From NCBI GenBank assembly GCA_964348095.1, contig CAYGBK010000015.1, positions 3,840 through 67,839 on the forward strand: 64,000 nucleotides of DNA. The letters run 5' to 3'. Of this stretch, positions 20,791-30,872 are shown piece by piece; within the stretch, counting starts at the first letter, position 1; each line of letters starts with the position of its first letter. Origin of the DNA: an uncultured Thermodesulfobacteriota bacterium (GTDB lineage: Bacteria; Desulfobacterota; BSN033; WVXP01). Made by a program: the position numbers and the translations under genes. The notes beneath the pieces were generated by a model that searched no databases, was not told where the DNA came from, and worked only from the letters and a program-made list of their open reading frames with translations.

Positions 20791-21345
20791 TCACAAAATC
20801 GACCTTGAAGGATTTTTTTGTCGTCCCACTCCGGGGGGAGACAGATAGCTTCGAGGTATCTGATTGAGGAGGCTCTTCCCCGTGTAGAGACCGCAGCCGA
20901 GAATATGATTTTTGTGGGCGAGAATGACGTATCCCGGTGTGATGGTGAAAGAAAGTGGTATCTCATTGTACCTGAGCAGAGTGGTGAGTTGCTCATTGTC
21001 GAGCTGAATGATACCCGTCTTCGCCTCGCCGCCGAATATCTGCAGAGCGGTTGTTGTGGGTTTAAGGCGTTGCTTCATTTTTCGGAGTATCGGAACGCCA
21101 GCCGTATGGACTTTGATATCTCTGAGCCTTTCGATATGTGATGACCCTGTGAGAAGCCAGAAGGTTCGGGGACTCTCCAGGAGTGTAAAGCCTTCAAACA
21201 CACTCAATCCAAGACCGAACCGGTTGCTGAAATATTCCAAGATTCTACTTCGGCGAGGATCCTCGACGTATTTTGGCGACAAAGAATCCCACAGAGTTGA
21301 GTTGGTGGGGGTAGATTCGCCAGCACCGTTCCATCTGTCGATCAT
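20791..21345 (-). CDS. RsmF-type C-terminal (PUA-like) domain, apparently the frameshifted 3' continuation of 21245..22171
   Basis: The ORF overlaps the upstream MTase ORF by 100 nt in another frame. LSFTITPGYVILAHKNHILGCGLYTGKSLLNQIPR resembles the RsmF PUA-like tail. A G5 run lies at 21305-21310. Confidence 0.45.
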   Translation of the reverse strand: MIDRWNGAGESTPTNSTLWDSLSPKYVEDPRRSRILEYFSNRFGLGLSVFEGFTLLESPRTFWLLTGSSHIERLRDIKVHTAGVPILRKMKQRLKPTTTALQIFGGEAKTGIIQLDNEQLTTLLRYNEIPLSFTITPGYVILAHKNHILGCGLYTGKSLLNQIPRSYLSPPGVGRQKNPSRSIL

Positions 21346-22171
21346 AATCTCTATCCTTCCATCTGAGTAACCCGGGAGAATGTGTAGCCGAGATGCCGAT
21401 AGGCATGACTTCGGCTGGTCGATTGTCGAGCAAATGCTGAATCACGCCTTCATTCTCGTCCGGGTTATAGGTGCACGTAGAATAGACAAGCACCCCGTTG
21501 TCATCGAGCAGGTCGAAGGCTCGAATTAGCAGATTGCGCTGAGTTTCGGGGAGGTAAGGCTGAGCGGTTCGGTGAGCCCTGCGGCTTGATGGCGGTAAGA
21601 ATCGGACTGTTCCCTCACCGCTACATGGGACATCGGCCAGTACCCGGTCGAAGCGCCGACGTCGGGGAAAATCCTGTCCCGCGTATGACGTAGTGACGAC
21701 ATTGGTTATCCCCAGTTTCTTAACGTTGTGCTGTAGCGCCCGGAGACGTTTTTCTTTGGTGTCGTTGGCAACGATAAGCCCCTGGTTGTTCATGAGTTGT
21801 GCCATGTGGGTGGTCTTGCAACCTGGCGCGGCACAGAGATCACAAACGAATTGGCCACATTTCGGATCGAGGGCCATAACCGGTATAGCAGAGGTTAGGG
21901 CCTGGGAGAGAAAATACCCGAGACCGGCTTCCAGTGAATCTCCTGGACGCTCAGACCCATCAGGTTCGAGGAGGTAGCCGGCCAGACAAGAGGGTTTCAC
22001 CCCGTAGCCCCGCTGCTGAAGCAATTCGGTCAGGTCGAAAGGAGTAATGCGGAGCGTGTTCACCCGCAGACACCGAATCAAGGGTGTGTTGAGGCTTTCG
22101 TAAAATGCGTCAACGTCGGGTATGAAGGATTCATATTCCCTAAAAGGTGTGCGACGCTCTGCTAGGTTCAT
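21245..22171 (-). CDS. rRNA cytosine-C5 methyltransferase, RsmB/RsmF (NOL1/NOP2/Sun) family: catalytic domain
   Basis: VCDLCAAPGCKTTHMAQL, DRVLADVPCSGEGTVR, YSTCTYNPDENE. Confidence 0.75.
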   Translation of the reverse strand: MNLAERRTPFREYESFIPDVDAFYESLNTPLIRCLRVNTLRITPFDLTELLQQRGYGVKPSCLAGYLLEPDGSERPGDSLEAGLGYFLSQALTSAIPVMALDPKCGQFVCDLCAAPGCKTTHMAQLMNNQGLIVANDTKEKRLRALQHNVKKLGITNVVTTSYAGQDFPRRRRFDRVLADVPCSGEGTVRFLPPSSRRAHRTAQPYLPETQRNLLIRAFDLLDDNGVLVYSTCTYNPDENEGVIQHLLDNRPAEVMPIGISATHSPGLLRWKDRDYDRQMERCWRIYPHQLNSVGFFVAKIRRGSSPK

Positions 22172-22584
22172 GGGGAGTCCTCTAAAAGTATATCTCCTAG
22201 GTGATCAGGAATCTTTCCCGTTAACCCCGAGGCCCGCTCTCCACTGTGAGGAAGAAGACCCATGGGATAGCTGACGGCATGACTATCCTCAGAAGGTTTG
22301 GACTGTGCGGTATGAAAGACCCGCAAGAGGGAAAGACAACGGGAGGTGAAGGGATTTAAACGATCCGTGCCGATACGTTCTGACGTCAGGCCTTCCAGAT
22401 CACCATTCGAATTCGAAATCGATGCGTTCAGGTCCCATGGTTGTTTAGATATCTTGGAGGACAACGTTGGATATTCGAAAAACAACCGTAAGTAATCTTT
22501 TGTCTCGAGGCAGTGATCCTCATGAATACGCTTAGGGCCGGCTTTAGGCCGGCCCTAACAGTAGTTCACACCGATAAAGAAATC

Positions 22585-22857
22585 CTATTTGACCGCTTGC
22601 TTCAGGGCGCTACCAGGCTTGAATTTGGCTGTTCTAGTTGCCGGGATCTTAATGGTTTGACCGGTTCTAGGGTTTCTCCCCGTCCGTGCCTTCCGTTTGG
22701 CCACCGAAAAAGTACCAAACCCAGTCAGAGAGATGCGGCCGCCCTTTTTCAATTCCTTGGTGACGTTGTTGGCGATAGAATCGATAGCCCTGGCAGCTGC
22801 AACTTTGGTGATCTTGGCCTCCTTGGCCACTGCTCCAATGAGTTGCTCTTTGGTCAT
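22585..22857 (-). CDS. hup: HU/IHF-family nucleoid-associated DNA-binding protein
   Basis: MTKEQLIGAVA...GFGTFSVAKRKARTGRNPRTGQTIKIPA, 90 aa. Confidence 0.9.
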   Translation of the reverse strand: MTKEQLIGAVAKEAKITKVAAARAIDSIANNVTKELKKGGRISLTGFGTFSVAKRKARTGRNPRTGQTIKIPATRTAKFKPGSALKQAVK

Positions 22858-23169
22858 ATTTGCCCCTCCTTCGTTTGGTTTGGTATAGGGTTTACTTACT
22901 CCTCTTATAACAGCAGATTCCGTCTAATTCAACCCCAAAATGATTTTTTTAGAAAAAAATTCAAAGTCGTGGCAATAGGGAATCCATGGCTGGTTGTGAA
23001 AACCTGAATTGTTTGATAGATCACAAGGCAGTCTCGCTCCCAGTTTTGCGATTTCACCGGTTAGTATCGTATTTTTGCTTTTTCTGCATCCCTATGATAA
23101 AAGCCGAGAGTCCCTCCAGAGGTTCTCGGAGACCACCGGTAACCTTCAGGTGGGGTATTCCTGTCGATC

Positions 23170-24336
23170 ATGACGAAGCGAATCTACATTCCCCTTTTAC
23201 TATCAATCTTTTCGGCCATGTTGGGTATGGGAATTATTGCCCCCCTTCTTCCGATCTATGCCCAGAACCTTGGCGCAACGACAGCTGCCATCGGCCTCAT
23301 TTTCGCTTCCTTTTCTATCTCAAGGACGTTTTTTCTTCCCGTGGTTGCCAGGATTTCAGACACCACGGGAATGAAAATCATGATTGTTTTCGGACTGATT
23401 CTCTTTATCCTCACCTCAATTGGCTACGTCTTTTCTTCGAAAATCTTTCACCTTGTCCTGACGAGATCTCTTCAAGGGATTGCTGCGGCACTCATAATCC
23501 CTGCGACTCTCGCCTATGTCGGTGAGGTCTCTCCTGCTCGACGGGAGGGAGCTTTCATGGGGGTTTTCAACCTGTTCTTCTTTGGAGGTCTGGGTGCCGG
23601 ACCTTTCCTGGGAGGGCTACTGAATGACCTGTTTGGGATCGACAGTAGCTTCTACACCATGGGGATGTTGGGTTCCATCGGTCTCCTCCTCACGTTGATT
23701 TTCCTTCCTGAGAGGAAGCCGGACCCTGCGAATCGTAAACACCTCAGTTCGTGGTCGATGTTCCGGGAACCGGCGATACGGGGAATATTTCTCTTCAGGT
23801 TTCTTTACTCCGTGACCGTGGGACTCCTCTGGTCTTTCCTCCCGATCTTTGCCCACAATTTCTTGGGACTGAATAGTTCACGGATCGGAGTTTTGGTCTC
23901 TCTCAATGTTCTCGTGGCCACGGTCTTACAGGCTCCCTGTGGGTTCTTGGCAGACCGGTTGAGCAAGAAGGGGCTTGTCGCCATAGGGGGTGGCATGGGT
24001 GCCATTGGGTTCTCACTGATTCCTCTCTCCAAGAGGTTCGTCGAGATTTTTGGGATTAGCCTTCTCCTTGGCGTATCGGGCGGGATTGCCATGCCAGCGC
24101 TTATGGCGCTGGCCGTGGAGGCGGGTAAGAGGACAGAGGGAATGGGGAGGCTGATGAGCTTTTTTGTTATGGCACACAGCCTGGGAATGATTGTCGGTCC
24201 ACTGATGGCTGGCCTAATCGGAGAGGTGGCGAGTGTTAGCACCGTGTTTTTTATCGGAGCGTTGATCGGGGTTGTGGGTGTTGCCGCACTGGCTCTTTCT
24301 CAAGACCCGCGCGGTGAGAAGGCTCTTCCTGCTTGA
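23170..24336 (+). CDS. MFS transporter
   Basis: 12 TM helices, MFS motif-A-like ARISDTTGMK, 388 aa. Confidence 0.8.
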   Translation: MTKRIYIPLLLSIFSAMLGMGIIAPLLPIYAQNLGATTAAIGLIFASFSISRTFFLPVVARISDTTGMKIMIVFGLILFILTSIGYVFSSKIFHLVLTRSLQGIAAALIIPATLAYVGEVSPARREGAFMGVFNLFFFGGLGAGPFLGGLLNDLFGIDSSFYTMGMLGSIGLLLTLIFLPERKPDPANRKHLSSWSMFREPAIRGIFLFRFLYSVTVGLLWSFLPIFAHNFLGLNSSRIGVLVSLNVLVATVLQAPCGFLADRLSKKGLVAIGGGMGAIGFSLIPLSKRFVEIFGISLLLGVSGGIAMPALMALAVEAGKRTEGMGRLMSFFVMAHSLGMIVGPLMAGLIGEVASVSTVFFIGALIGVVGVAALALSQDPRGEKALPA

Positions 24337-24365
24337 GATTTTTGGTATCTTCCGGTAGGGGTTTT

Positions 24366-24779
24366 TCAGATGGGTTTCTTGATGTCGAGAATGCTCTCCT
24401 GTGTGGGATAAGGATAGGTAGAGTGAACACTGGCTAAGAGTTTGGCGAGTTTTATTCTTTCCTTTTTATCCATTCGGGTAAATTTGATTCCGTATTGATA
24501 GTTTATTGCCTCGCTGGTTTCGATGACGTCTTTCCAAACGATTCTGGCCTGAGCGCTCAGTGCCGTAAACTGGAGCTCAGAAGCATAGAACATCTCAAGA
24601 TCCAATTCTTCGCCCACGCCGATTCGGTCAAAAAGGTATGCGAGAAGACCTCCCTCGCTGATGTTCACAGCCATCCCCGTGGAGATCTCGGCACGGTTTT
24701 GTGAAACGTAGGAAATCGGATAGTCAACGAGAAACCGCTCAAATCTCCTCCGTTCGATGTCTGGGTGTTGGCTATCCAC
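24366..24779 (-). CDS. PilZ-domain protein (putative c-di-GMP receptor)
   Basis: RRRFER ... NISEGG matches the PilZ RxxxR / (D/N)xSxxG motifs. 137 aa. Confidence 0.5.
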   Translation of the reverse strand: MDSQHPDIERRRFERFLVDYPISYVSQNRAEISTGMAVNISEGGLLAYLFDRIGVGEELDLEMFYASELQFTALSAQARIVWKDVIETSEAINYQYGIKFTRMDKKERIKLAKLLASVHSTYPYPTQESILDIKKPI

Positions 24780-25350
24780 GACATCCCCTGGTTGATAATC
24801 GTTTGAAATTAATCTTTATTTGTACTTCATATCTCCTCCGTTGTCAACAAAATGTCTGATCGGAGGTTCCGGACTTTTTGTTCTCTCTTTCAATGGACTG
24901 GTGGCCAAGCCCTTTGAGCGTTCATTCAAGTTTTTTTTGCTCGTAAACCTTAGGCGAGTGGAAGAGAAGCGATCTCAACTGTCTGAGCCGCCGCAGGCGG
25001 AGAGTTTTGAGAGCGCCTAGAGCGAGCCTTAGATTTATCAAAAAACCTTTGGGAAAAGCGAAAAGGGGGTTAACACCATTCCGAAACAGATAGCCATATT
25101 CGTCTCAGAGAGTTATGTAATCCTTTGGCGTTTTCTAAGGAAACTCCGGAGAGCGTAATTGGGCCACGATTTCTGGATGGCTTTTGTCATTGAGCCCCCC
25201 CCGAGAGGACAGGACTTCCCCACGTGAGAACCGCCACCGGGGGGGACGAGAGCGCGGAATCATGGGGTCCTGGTCTCCGGTCAAATGAGACACTGCGGAG
25301 AGAATAGGGTCGGGCTCAGGGGTGAGAGGGGTTATTGGGTCTCGGGGGGT

Positions 25351-27828
25351 TCACATCAAATTGATCGGATCTACGTCCACATCGAGCTGAACATTGACTG
25401 TTTCATTTTCCACCTTTCCAACCAGTTCACCGACGAACCGACGAAGCCTCTCTGTGTGATCGCTTTTGATAAGCAACTGCCATCGATAACGGCCTTTGAT
25501 TCTGGCAAGGGGGGCGGGACAGGGACCGAGTATGTGGAGATGATCTCTATAGACTTTTCGTTTCTCTCTGATCTGGGTTCCAATCGTCCCAAGGCGCCTG
25601 GCGAATTTTTCGGTCACGTCATCTTTGCTCCCGGAAATCCTGAGGTTGGTGAGGCGCGAGAAAGGAGGATATTGCAACTCCTCCCGGTACAGGATCTCTT
25701 GCTGATAGAAGGTGAGAAAGTCGTGGTCCTTTGCCCTCTGAATACTGTAGTGATCAGGGTTATAGGTCTGAATGATGACTCTACCGGTTTGATCTCCTCG
25801 ACCGGCTCGTCCCGCTGCCTGAGTAAGAAGTTGAAAGGTCCTTTCACTGGCTCGAAAATCCGGAAAATGGAGAACGGTGTCCGCGCAGATGACCCCGACA
25901 AGTGTGATGTTGGGGAAGTCGTGTCCTTTCACGATCATTTGGGTCCCGATGAGGACGTCGATCTTCCGCGATTCCATCGCCTGAACAATTCTCCTGTAGG
26001 CTCCTTTTCTCGTGGTCGTGTCGCGGTCCATGCGAGCGATTCTCGCTGAGGGAATGAGCCTGAGGATCTCGTCTTCCACTCTCTGCGTTCCAATTCCCAG
26101 GGAATGCAGGTTGTAGCCCTCGCATCGGGGACAGATTGCCGGTACGTCCGTGGTGAGGCTACAGTGGTGACATTGAAGGGTCCCCTTTGCGGTATGGAGG
26201 GTCAGCGTAACGCTGCAGTTGGGACATTGAGAGGTCCATCCGCAATCCTGGCACAGAATGAAATTGGCAAATCCCCTCCGATTGAGAAAAAGAAGGCTTT
26301 GGAGCCCCTGTTCTGCATTGATGAGGAGTGCTTCTTTAAGTTGCCCCGAGAAGACGCGGTGCCTGAAATCACCTTTTTCAAGACGCATGTCCACGATATC
26401 CACGGTGGGTAGGAGTCGGGACTCGACTCGCTCGGGGAGTCGGAGGCGGCGGAACTTTTTTGTCGTCGTGTTATAAAAAGACTCCATCGATGGGGTAGCA
26501 GATCCCAGGATCAGGAGGGTGCCACACATTTTGGCCCTCATGACGGCGAGATCTCTGGCGTTGTACTTGAGTTTTTCTTCCTGTTTAAAGCTCGTCTCAT
26601 GCTCCTCATCAACGATGATAATGCCGAGCCTCCTGAAGGGCGCAAAGATTGCTGACCGAGCGCCAATGGCGATGGAAACTTCCCCTTTCAGAATCTGGCG
26701 CCACTGGTCGTATCTCTCACCAGGAGAGAGTCTGCTATGCAAGACCGCGATACCCCCTTTGAACCGTCTTTTGAATCGAGAGATCAACTGGGGTGTCAGA
26801 GAAATCTCGGGGACCAGGACAATGGCCTCCCTGCCGTCCTCAATCACTCGTTGGATCGCCCTCAAATAAACCTCGGTCTTGCCGCTCCCGGTGATTCCAT
26901 GAAGAAGAAAAGGACGAAAACCTCCCTTAGAAATCGATTCCTCGATTTCTGATAGGGCCTTTTCTTGATCGAGGGTAAGAGGGGGCCCAGTCTCAGATCC
27001 AAAGTCCTCATCATCGAAAGGATCCCGATAGATCTCTTTGAAATCGAGTGCCACCATTTCTTTTTTCACAAGACCCCTAAGATACGGATCCACCCTAGGG
27101 AACTTTGCGCGAAGATCCCGGCGAGAAACCCTTTTCATTGATCGGATGAATCTAAGAATTTCCGACTGTTTCGGGGTTAGCGGGGGGTCTCCTTCAGGTC
27201 GGTGTTCTCCGCGAAAGACAATAAATGGTTCGACCTTCGCCCTCGTTTTCATCTTCTTCAGCCGAAGCTCTTCAAAAACTAGATTGCTTTTCTTTAGAGA
27301 GAAGATACGAGAATAGAGGTTTTCAAGTTTCAGACGGCGAGAAAGGCCGTGAATGTCAGCTTCGCCCTCTTGTGCCAGGGTCATGAGCAGGCGGCCGTCT
27401 GCTGACTCTGGCGGGAATTGAGCAAGTCGGGCCCGACCGTCAGGCGTGATCTTTACAATCCGGGACGTCTCTACAATCAACCCCGGAGGCAGACTAGTTT
27501 TGATAACCTCACCCAGAGGATGGTAGTAATAATCGGAGATCCACCTTAGGAACCGAAGCATTTGCTCATCGAAAAGGGCGGTCTGATCCAGTACATCAAT
27601 GACATCTCTCACCCGGGCCGGATCGAGACCGTGAGGTGTTGGCGCTGGAAAAGCGAGAACATATCCTGTGACCTTTCGCCTTTGGAAGGGGACCAGAACT
27701 CTTTTCCCAACCCCCACCTGATCCTTAAGTTCACGGGGAACCCGGTAGGTAAATGTCTTCCGGAGAGGGAGACTAACCGCCACCTCAGTAAAACGTTTCA
27801 TTCTCATTTCATTCCTTGCCTGGCTCAT
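25351..27828 (-). CDS. priA: primosomal protein N' (PriA replication-restart helicase)
   Basis: Walker A GITGSGKTEVY, DEEH box, Cys-rich zinc-binding insert CQDCGWTSQCPNCSVTLTLH...CHHCS...CPRCEG. Possible true start at MKRF (27801). Confidence 0.9.
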   Translation of the reverse strand: MSQARNEMRMKRFTEVAVSLPLRKTFTYRVPRELKDQVGVGKRVLVPFQRRKVTGYVLAFPAPTPHGLDPARVRDVIDVLDQTALFDEQMLRFLRWISDYYYHPLGEVIKTSLPPGLIVETSRIVKITPDGRARLAQFPPESADGRLLMTLAQEGEADIHGLSRRLKLENLYSRIFSLKKSNLVFEELRLKKMKTRAKVEPFIVFRGEHRPEGDPPLTPKQSEILRFIRSMKRVSRRDLRAKFPRVDPYLRGLVKKEMVALDFKEIYRDPFDDEDFGSETGPPLTLDQEKALSEIEESISKGGFRPFLLHGITGSGKTEVYLRAIQRVIEDGREAIVLVPEISLTPQLISRFKRRFKGGIAVLHSRLSPGERYDQWRQILKGEVSIAIGARSAIFAPFRRLGIIIVDEEHETSFKQEEKLKYNARDLAVMRAKMCGTLLILGSATPSMESFYNTTTKKFRRLRLPERVESRLLPTVDIVDMRLEKGDFRHRVFSGQLKEALLINAEQGLQSLLFLNRRGFANFILCQDCGWTSQCPNCSVTLTLHTAKGTLQCHHCSLTTDVPAICPRCEGYNLHSLGIGTQRVEDEILRLIPSARIARMDRDTTTRKGAYRRIVQAMESRKIDVLIGTQMIVKGHDFPNITLVGVICADTVLHFPDFRASERTFQLLTQAAGRAGRGDQTGRVIIQTYNPDHYSIQRAKDHDFLTFYQQEILYREELQYPPFSRLTNLRISGSKDDVTEKFARRLGTIGTQIREKRKVYRDHLHILGPCPAPLARIKGRYRWQLLIKSDHTERLRRFVGELVGKVENETVNVQLDVDVDPINLM

Positions 27829-27992
27829 GGCAGTCGGCCTGGAAGGCGAAAAAAAGCATCGTCGATTTCACAGTCGCCTCTACCCCATTATCCCATGCCC
27901 TCGGCGTTTGTCAAAAGGAAAATCCGGGCCACAAAGGCCACGGGCAAAGAACGAAAACTTCAAGTTTGAGCCCCGGCTCCCGATATATTATA

Positions 27993-30176
27993 ATGGGAGT
28001 GATGAAGGCCACCACATCGATCAAAAAGATTCAGTCAAACTGTGTGCTTGTGTCGACCAGAAGCGTTGGAAACATTCTGTTCGGCTGCCCGCCAGAGATT
28101 ATCAAATGGTTTCTTCGCCGGAAGAGGCCGATACCTTCAATCGTCGTCCTCCCGAGGGACTTCCTCATCGACAACCGGCTAAACGTGGAACCAGAGTTTC
28201 TCATCTATGGAAATTTCTTTCTTCAAAAGAGGAGGCTTACCATCATCGGCACGGGGGGTCAACTCCGACGAATCAAGAGGATTTTCAGGGAGTCTTTCCT
28301 GGGGCCGCGAGGGGTCAGGGAGGGTAAAGGAGAAAGGGATTTCCTCAGGGCCAGGAGAGATGATGGGAAGGCTTTGAAGGTGGAGGATCTCGTCAATCTG
28401 AGTCCTTTCCGGCGCGATCGGGACGGTGTGAGAATCGATGGGGTTACGATCAAAACTACCCGTCCGGGTTGTTTTGAAATCTGGGAAGGGGGCGCCCTAC
28501 TTGGAGAGGTGGATACTACAGTTTTCAAGCTCCCGTCTCACCCACCCGATCTTTTCAAGGAAAAGCCCCTGGAGCCCCCAAGCCTTGGTGTGAGCTTTGT
28601 GGGGACCGGGAGTGGATTCAATCCCTATCGGCGGACCACGAGTTTCATTCTCTGGGTCAACGGGAAGGGTATCTTCGTTGATCCGGTCAAAGACCCGTGG
28701 GTGGAGCTCAACAGGTTAGGAATCGAGGATATGGATGTCCCCTCTGTCTTACTTACCCATTGCCATGCCGACCATGATGCGGGCATGATTCGGGCTGCCA
28801 TTCATCAAAGAAGGATACGCCTCATCACCTCCCGGGTCGTTTTCGAGAGCTTTTCGCGTAAGGCAAAGGCATTGGCCGGGTGTGACATTGAGAAATATGT
28901 CGACTTTGTCGAGATCAATCCTGGCGACACCTACGAGTTGGAGAATGCCTCGATTCGGGTTTCGTCTGCCCTCCACCCCATTCCCACGATCCGCTTTGAG
29001 GTTCTGTTCCGTGACCCGAAATCGAGAAAGCGTCTCAGAGTAGCCTATTCGGGAGACACATGTCTTGACTGCACAAAGATCGAAACTATGTATCGTCGGA
29101 GGATCATCGACAAGAAAAGGCGGGACGAGCTTCTTCACTTTGGCTTTGACGCAGACCTCTACATTCACGAGGCTGGCCAAGAGGCGATCCACACGTCGGT
29201 GCAAGAATTCGAGCGTCTTCCCGATCAAGTCATAAAGAAGCTAATCCTTGTTCATGCCGGAGATCTCCCCAAGGACTTGAAAGGCTTGCGGGTTGCGCAA
29301 GAAGGTGAGACGGTTGAACTGATTCCCCCTACCCCATCCCCTCGGGATGTGATCGAGCTGATTGCCTCGAACTCGATCTTCGAGAGCCTCAAAAGGGAAG
29401 CGGTTGTCCGCATTGCAAAGCAGGCCGTCCTCATACCGTTTAAGGTTGGGCAGAATATCGTTACCCAGGGGAAAAAGGGAGATCGATTCTACCTTATCGC
29501 TCTTGGCAGGGCAAAGGTTTTGGTCGATAACGCGATGAAAGCAGTTCTCGGGAAGGGCGATTATTTTGGCGAGATCTCTCTTCTAAGTGGAAAACCCCGA
29601 AATGCAACCGTCCAGGCCATTTCTGATGGATTGGTTCTGACTTTAGAGAAGGAGACTTTTCTCGAACTGGTCAGAGAAGAACCTTCGATCAACAAACGAC
29701 TGCAAGACGTCCTCAGGCTTAGACCCGTTGTGTCTCAGTTGACCTGTTTTAGAGGTCTCCCATCAGATCAGCTTGCCAGGCTGTCCCTTCGGTTTGAAGA
29801 ATGCAGACGTCGCAAGGGCGATCGGGTGGTTGAACAGAAACGGCGAGGGGATGCATTTTTCGTGCTCACGTCGGGAAGAGCCGTTGTGAGCGTGATGGAT
29901 GGAGAGGGCCGTGACAAGATTATTGCAAAGCTAGGCCCCGGAGACGTCTTCGGAGAAATTGCCCTTCTCAGGAACATCCCACGGACGGCAACGGTCGAGA
30001 TTACCTCCGACTCTGCGACCCTGCTCAAGTTGAGAAAAAAAGACTTCCAGACCCTAACGGCATCGATTCCCAGCCTAAGTTTCTACCTCAATCGGATAAC
30101 CGCTGAGAGATTACGGAAGCTGGCAAGGAGAAAGGCGACCGAATTCCATGCGCGCTTTTTGAGTGAATTGGCATAG
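27993..30176 (+). CDS. metallo-beta-lactamase-fold hydrolase fused to two cyclic-nucleotide-binding (CAP-family) domains; putative cNMP-regulated phosphodiesterase
   Basis: LLTHCHADHDAGM (HxHxDH) with downstream His/Asp ligands. Two CNB signatures: GDYFGEISLLSGKPRNATVQA and GDVFGEIALLRNIPRTATVEI. -10-like TATAAT immediately upstream of the ATG at 27993. The ORF-track start at 27816 overlaps priA and is unlikely. Confidence 0.7.
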   Translation: MGVMKATTSIKKIQSNCVLVSTRSVGNILFGCPPEIIKWFLRRKRPIPSIVVLPRDFLIDNRLNVEPEFLIYGNFFLQKRRLTIIGTGGQLRRIKRIFRESFLGPRGVREGKGERDFLRARRDDGKALKVEDLVNLSPFRRDRDGVRIDGVTIKTTRPGCFEIWEGGALLGEVDTTVFKLPSHPPDLFKEKPLEPPSLGVSFVGTGSGFNPYRRTTSFILWVNGKGIFVDPVKDPWVELNRLGIEDMDVPSVLLTHCHADHDAGMIRAAIHQRRIRLITSRVVFESFSRKAKALAGCDIEKYVDFVEINPGDTYELENASIRVSSALHPIPTIRFEVLFRDPKSRKRLRVAYSGDTCLDCTKIETMYRRRIIDKKRRDELLHFGFDADLYIHEAGQEAIHTSVQEFERLPDQVIKKLILVHAGDLPKDLKGLRVAQEGETVELIPPTPSPRDVIELIASNSIFESLKREAVVRIAKQAVLIPFKVGQNIVTQGKKGDRFYLIALGRAKVLVDNAMKAVLGKGDYFGEISLLSGKPRNATVQAISDGLVLTLEKETFLELVREEPSINKRLQDVLRLRPVVSQLTCFRGLPSDQLARLSLRFEECRRRKGDRVVEQKRRGDAFFVLTSGRAVVSVMDGEGRDKIIAKLGPGDVFGEIALLRNIPRTATVEITSDSATLLKLRKKDFQTLTASIPSLSFYLNRITAERLRKLARRKATEFHARFLSELA

Positions 30177-30177
30177 T

Positions 30178-30753
30178 CTATTTCACCACTTCCACCCTGA
30201 CGACTTTCCCTTCTTTGTCGTAGTGTTTGACGAGTCCCTTCCCCGTGGCTGGATCGATCGTGTGAAACCAGTCGATCCGTTTTTGGTTGGAGCTCTCCCT
30301 CAACCATTTGAGTTGGTAGGTGATGTATTTCATGTGGTAACCGTTTACCTTTCCAATGGCGAGATCGACAAGCTTGATCCAGGTGATTCTCCCGTTCTCG
30401 GTATCCTGGTACCACGCGGTCACCTGATCGATGGTCGTTTTGAAGTTTGTTTCTTCCAGTGCCCGGGAATAGTATACGGTCTCCATGAGTAGCCTAGATT
30501 CAATCTGGTTCTTGTCAATGGGTGAGGAAAAATCGAAGCGAGCGTGGGGGAGGGTCCCTTCCAGCATCTCTATGCCCCACCTCCTTCCCTCGATGTATCC
30601 GCGAACAAAGCCAGCCAAGTAGCTTCTGCCATCAGGTGTCTTGGCATTGTGATTCCACAGTGATCCGTCTGTATAGTCTGGCTCTGCAAGGGCCGGCAAA
30701 GAGATGTAGCCCAAAATAGTCAAAAGCAAAAGGACCCTTTTCATCTTCATCAT
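30178..30753 (-). CDS. secreted hypothetical protein
   Basis: RBS AGGAGGAG. Signal peptide MMKMKRVLLLLTILGYISLPALA. Convergent with the MBL-CNB gene; the stops are 1 nt apart. Confidence 0.55.
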   Translation of the reverse strand: MMKMKRVLLLLTILGYISLPALAEPDYTDGSLWNHNAKTPDGRSYLAGFVRGYIEGRRWGIEMLEGTLPHARFDFSSPIDKNQIESRLLMETVYYSRALEETNFKTTIDQVTAWYQDTENGRITWIKLVDLAIGKVNGYHMKYITYQLKWLRESSNQKRIDWFHTIDPATGKGLVKHYDKEGKVVRVEVVK

Positions 30754-30872
30754 TCGGGACTCCTCCTTTGAGTGGTATTTTACTCCCTAAGGGACGCTGA
30801 TTTTCAAGACGTAGCAGGGCACCTTGTGGACGATCCTCCAAATTCAATGGGAGAGGTAACCGCAAACCATTC

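Noticed and set aside
22513-23525. Two plus-strand ORFs (164 and 179 aa)
   Set aside because: They overlap the hup gene (antisense) and the 5' region and start of the MFS gene, out of frame. No RBS or motifs.
25285-26049. 254-aa plus-strand ORF
   Set aside because: It is fully antisense to priA and has no motifs. It is an antisense ORF from priA's GC-rich codon usage.
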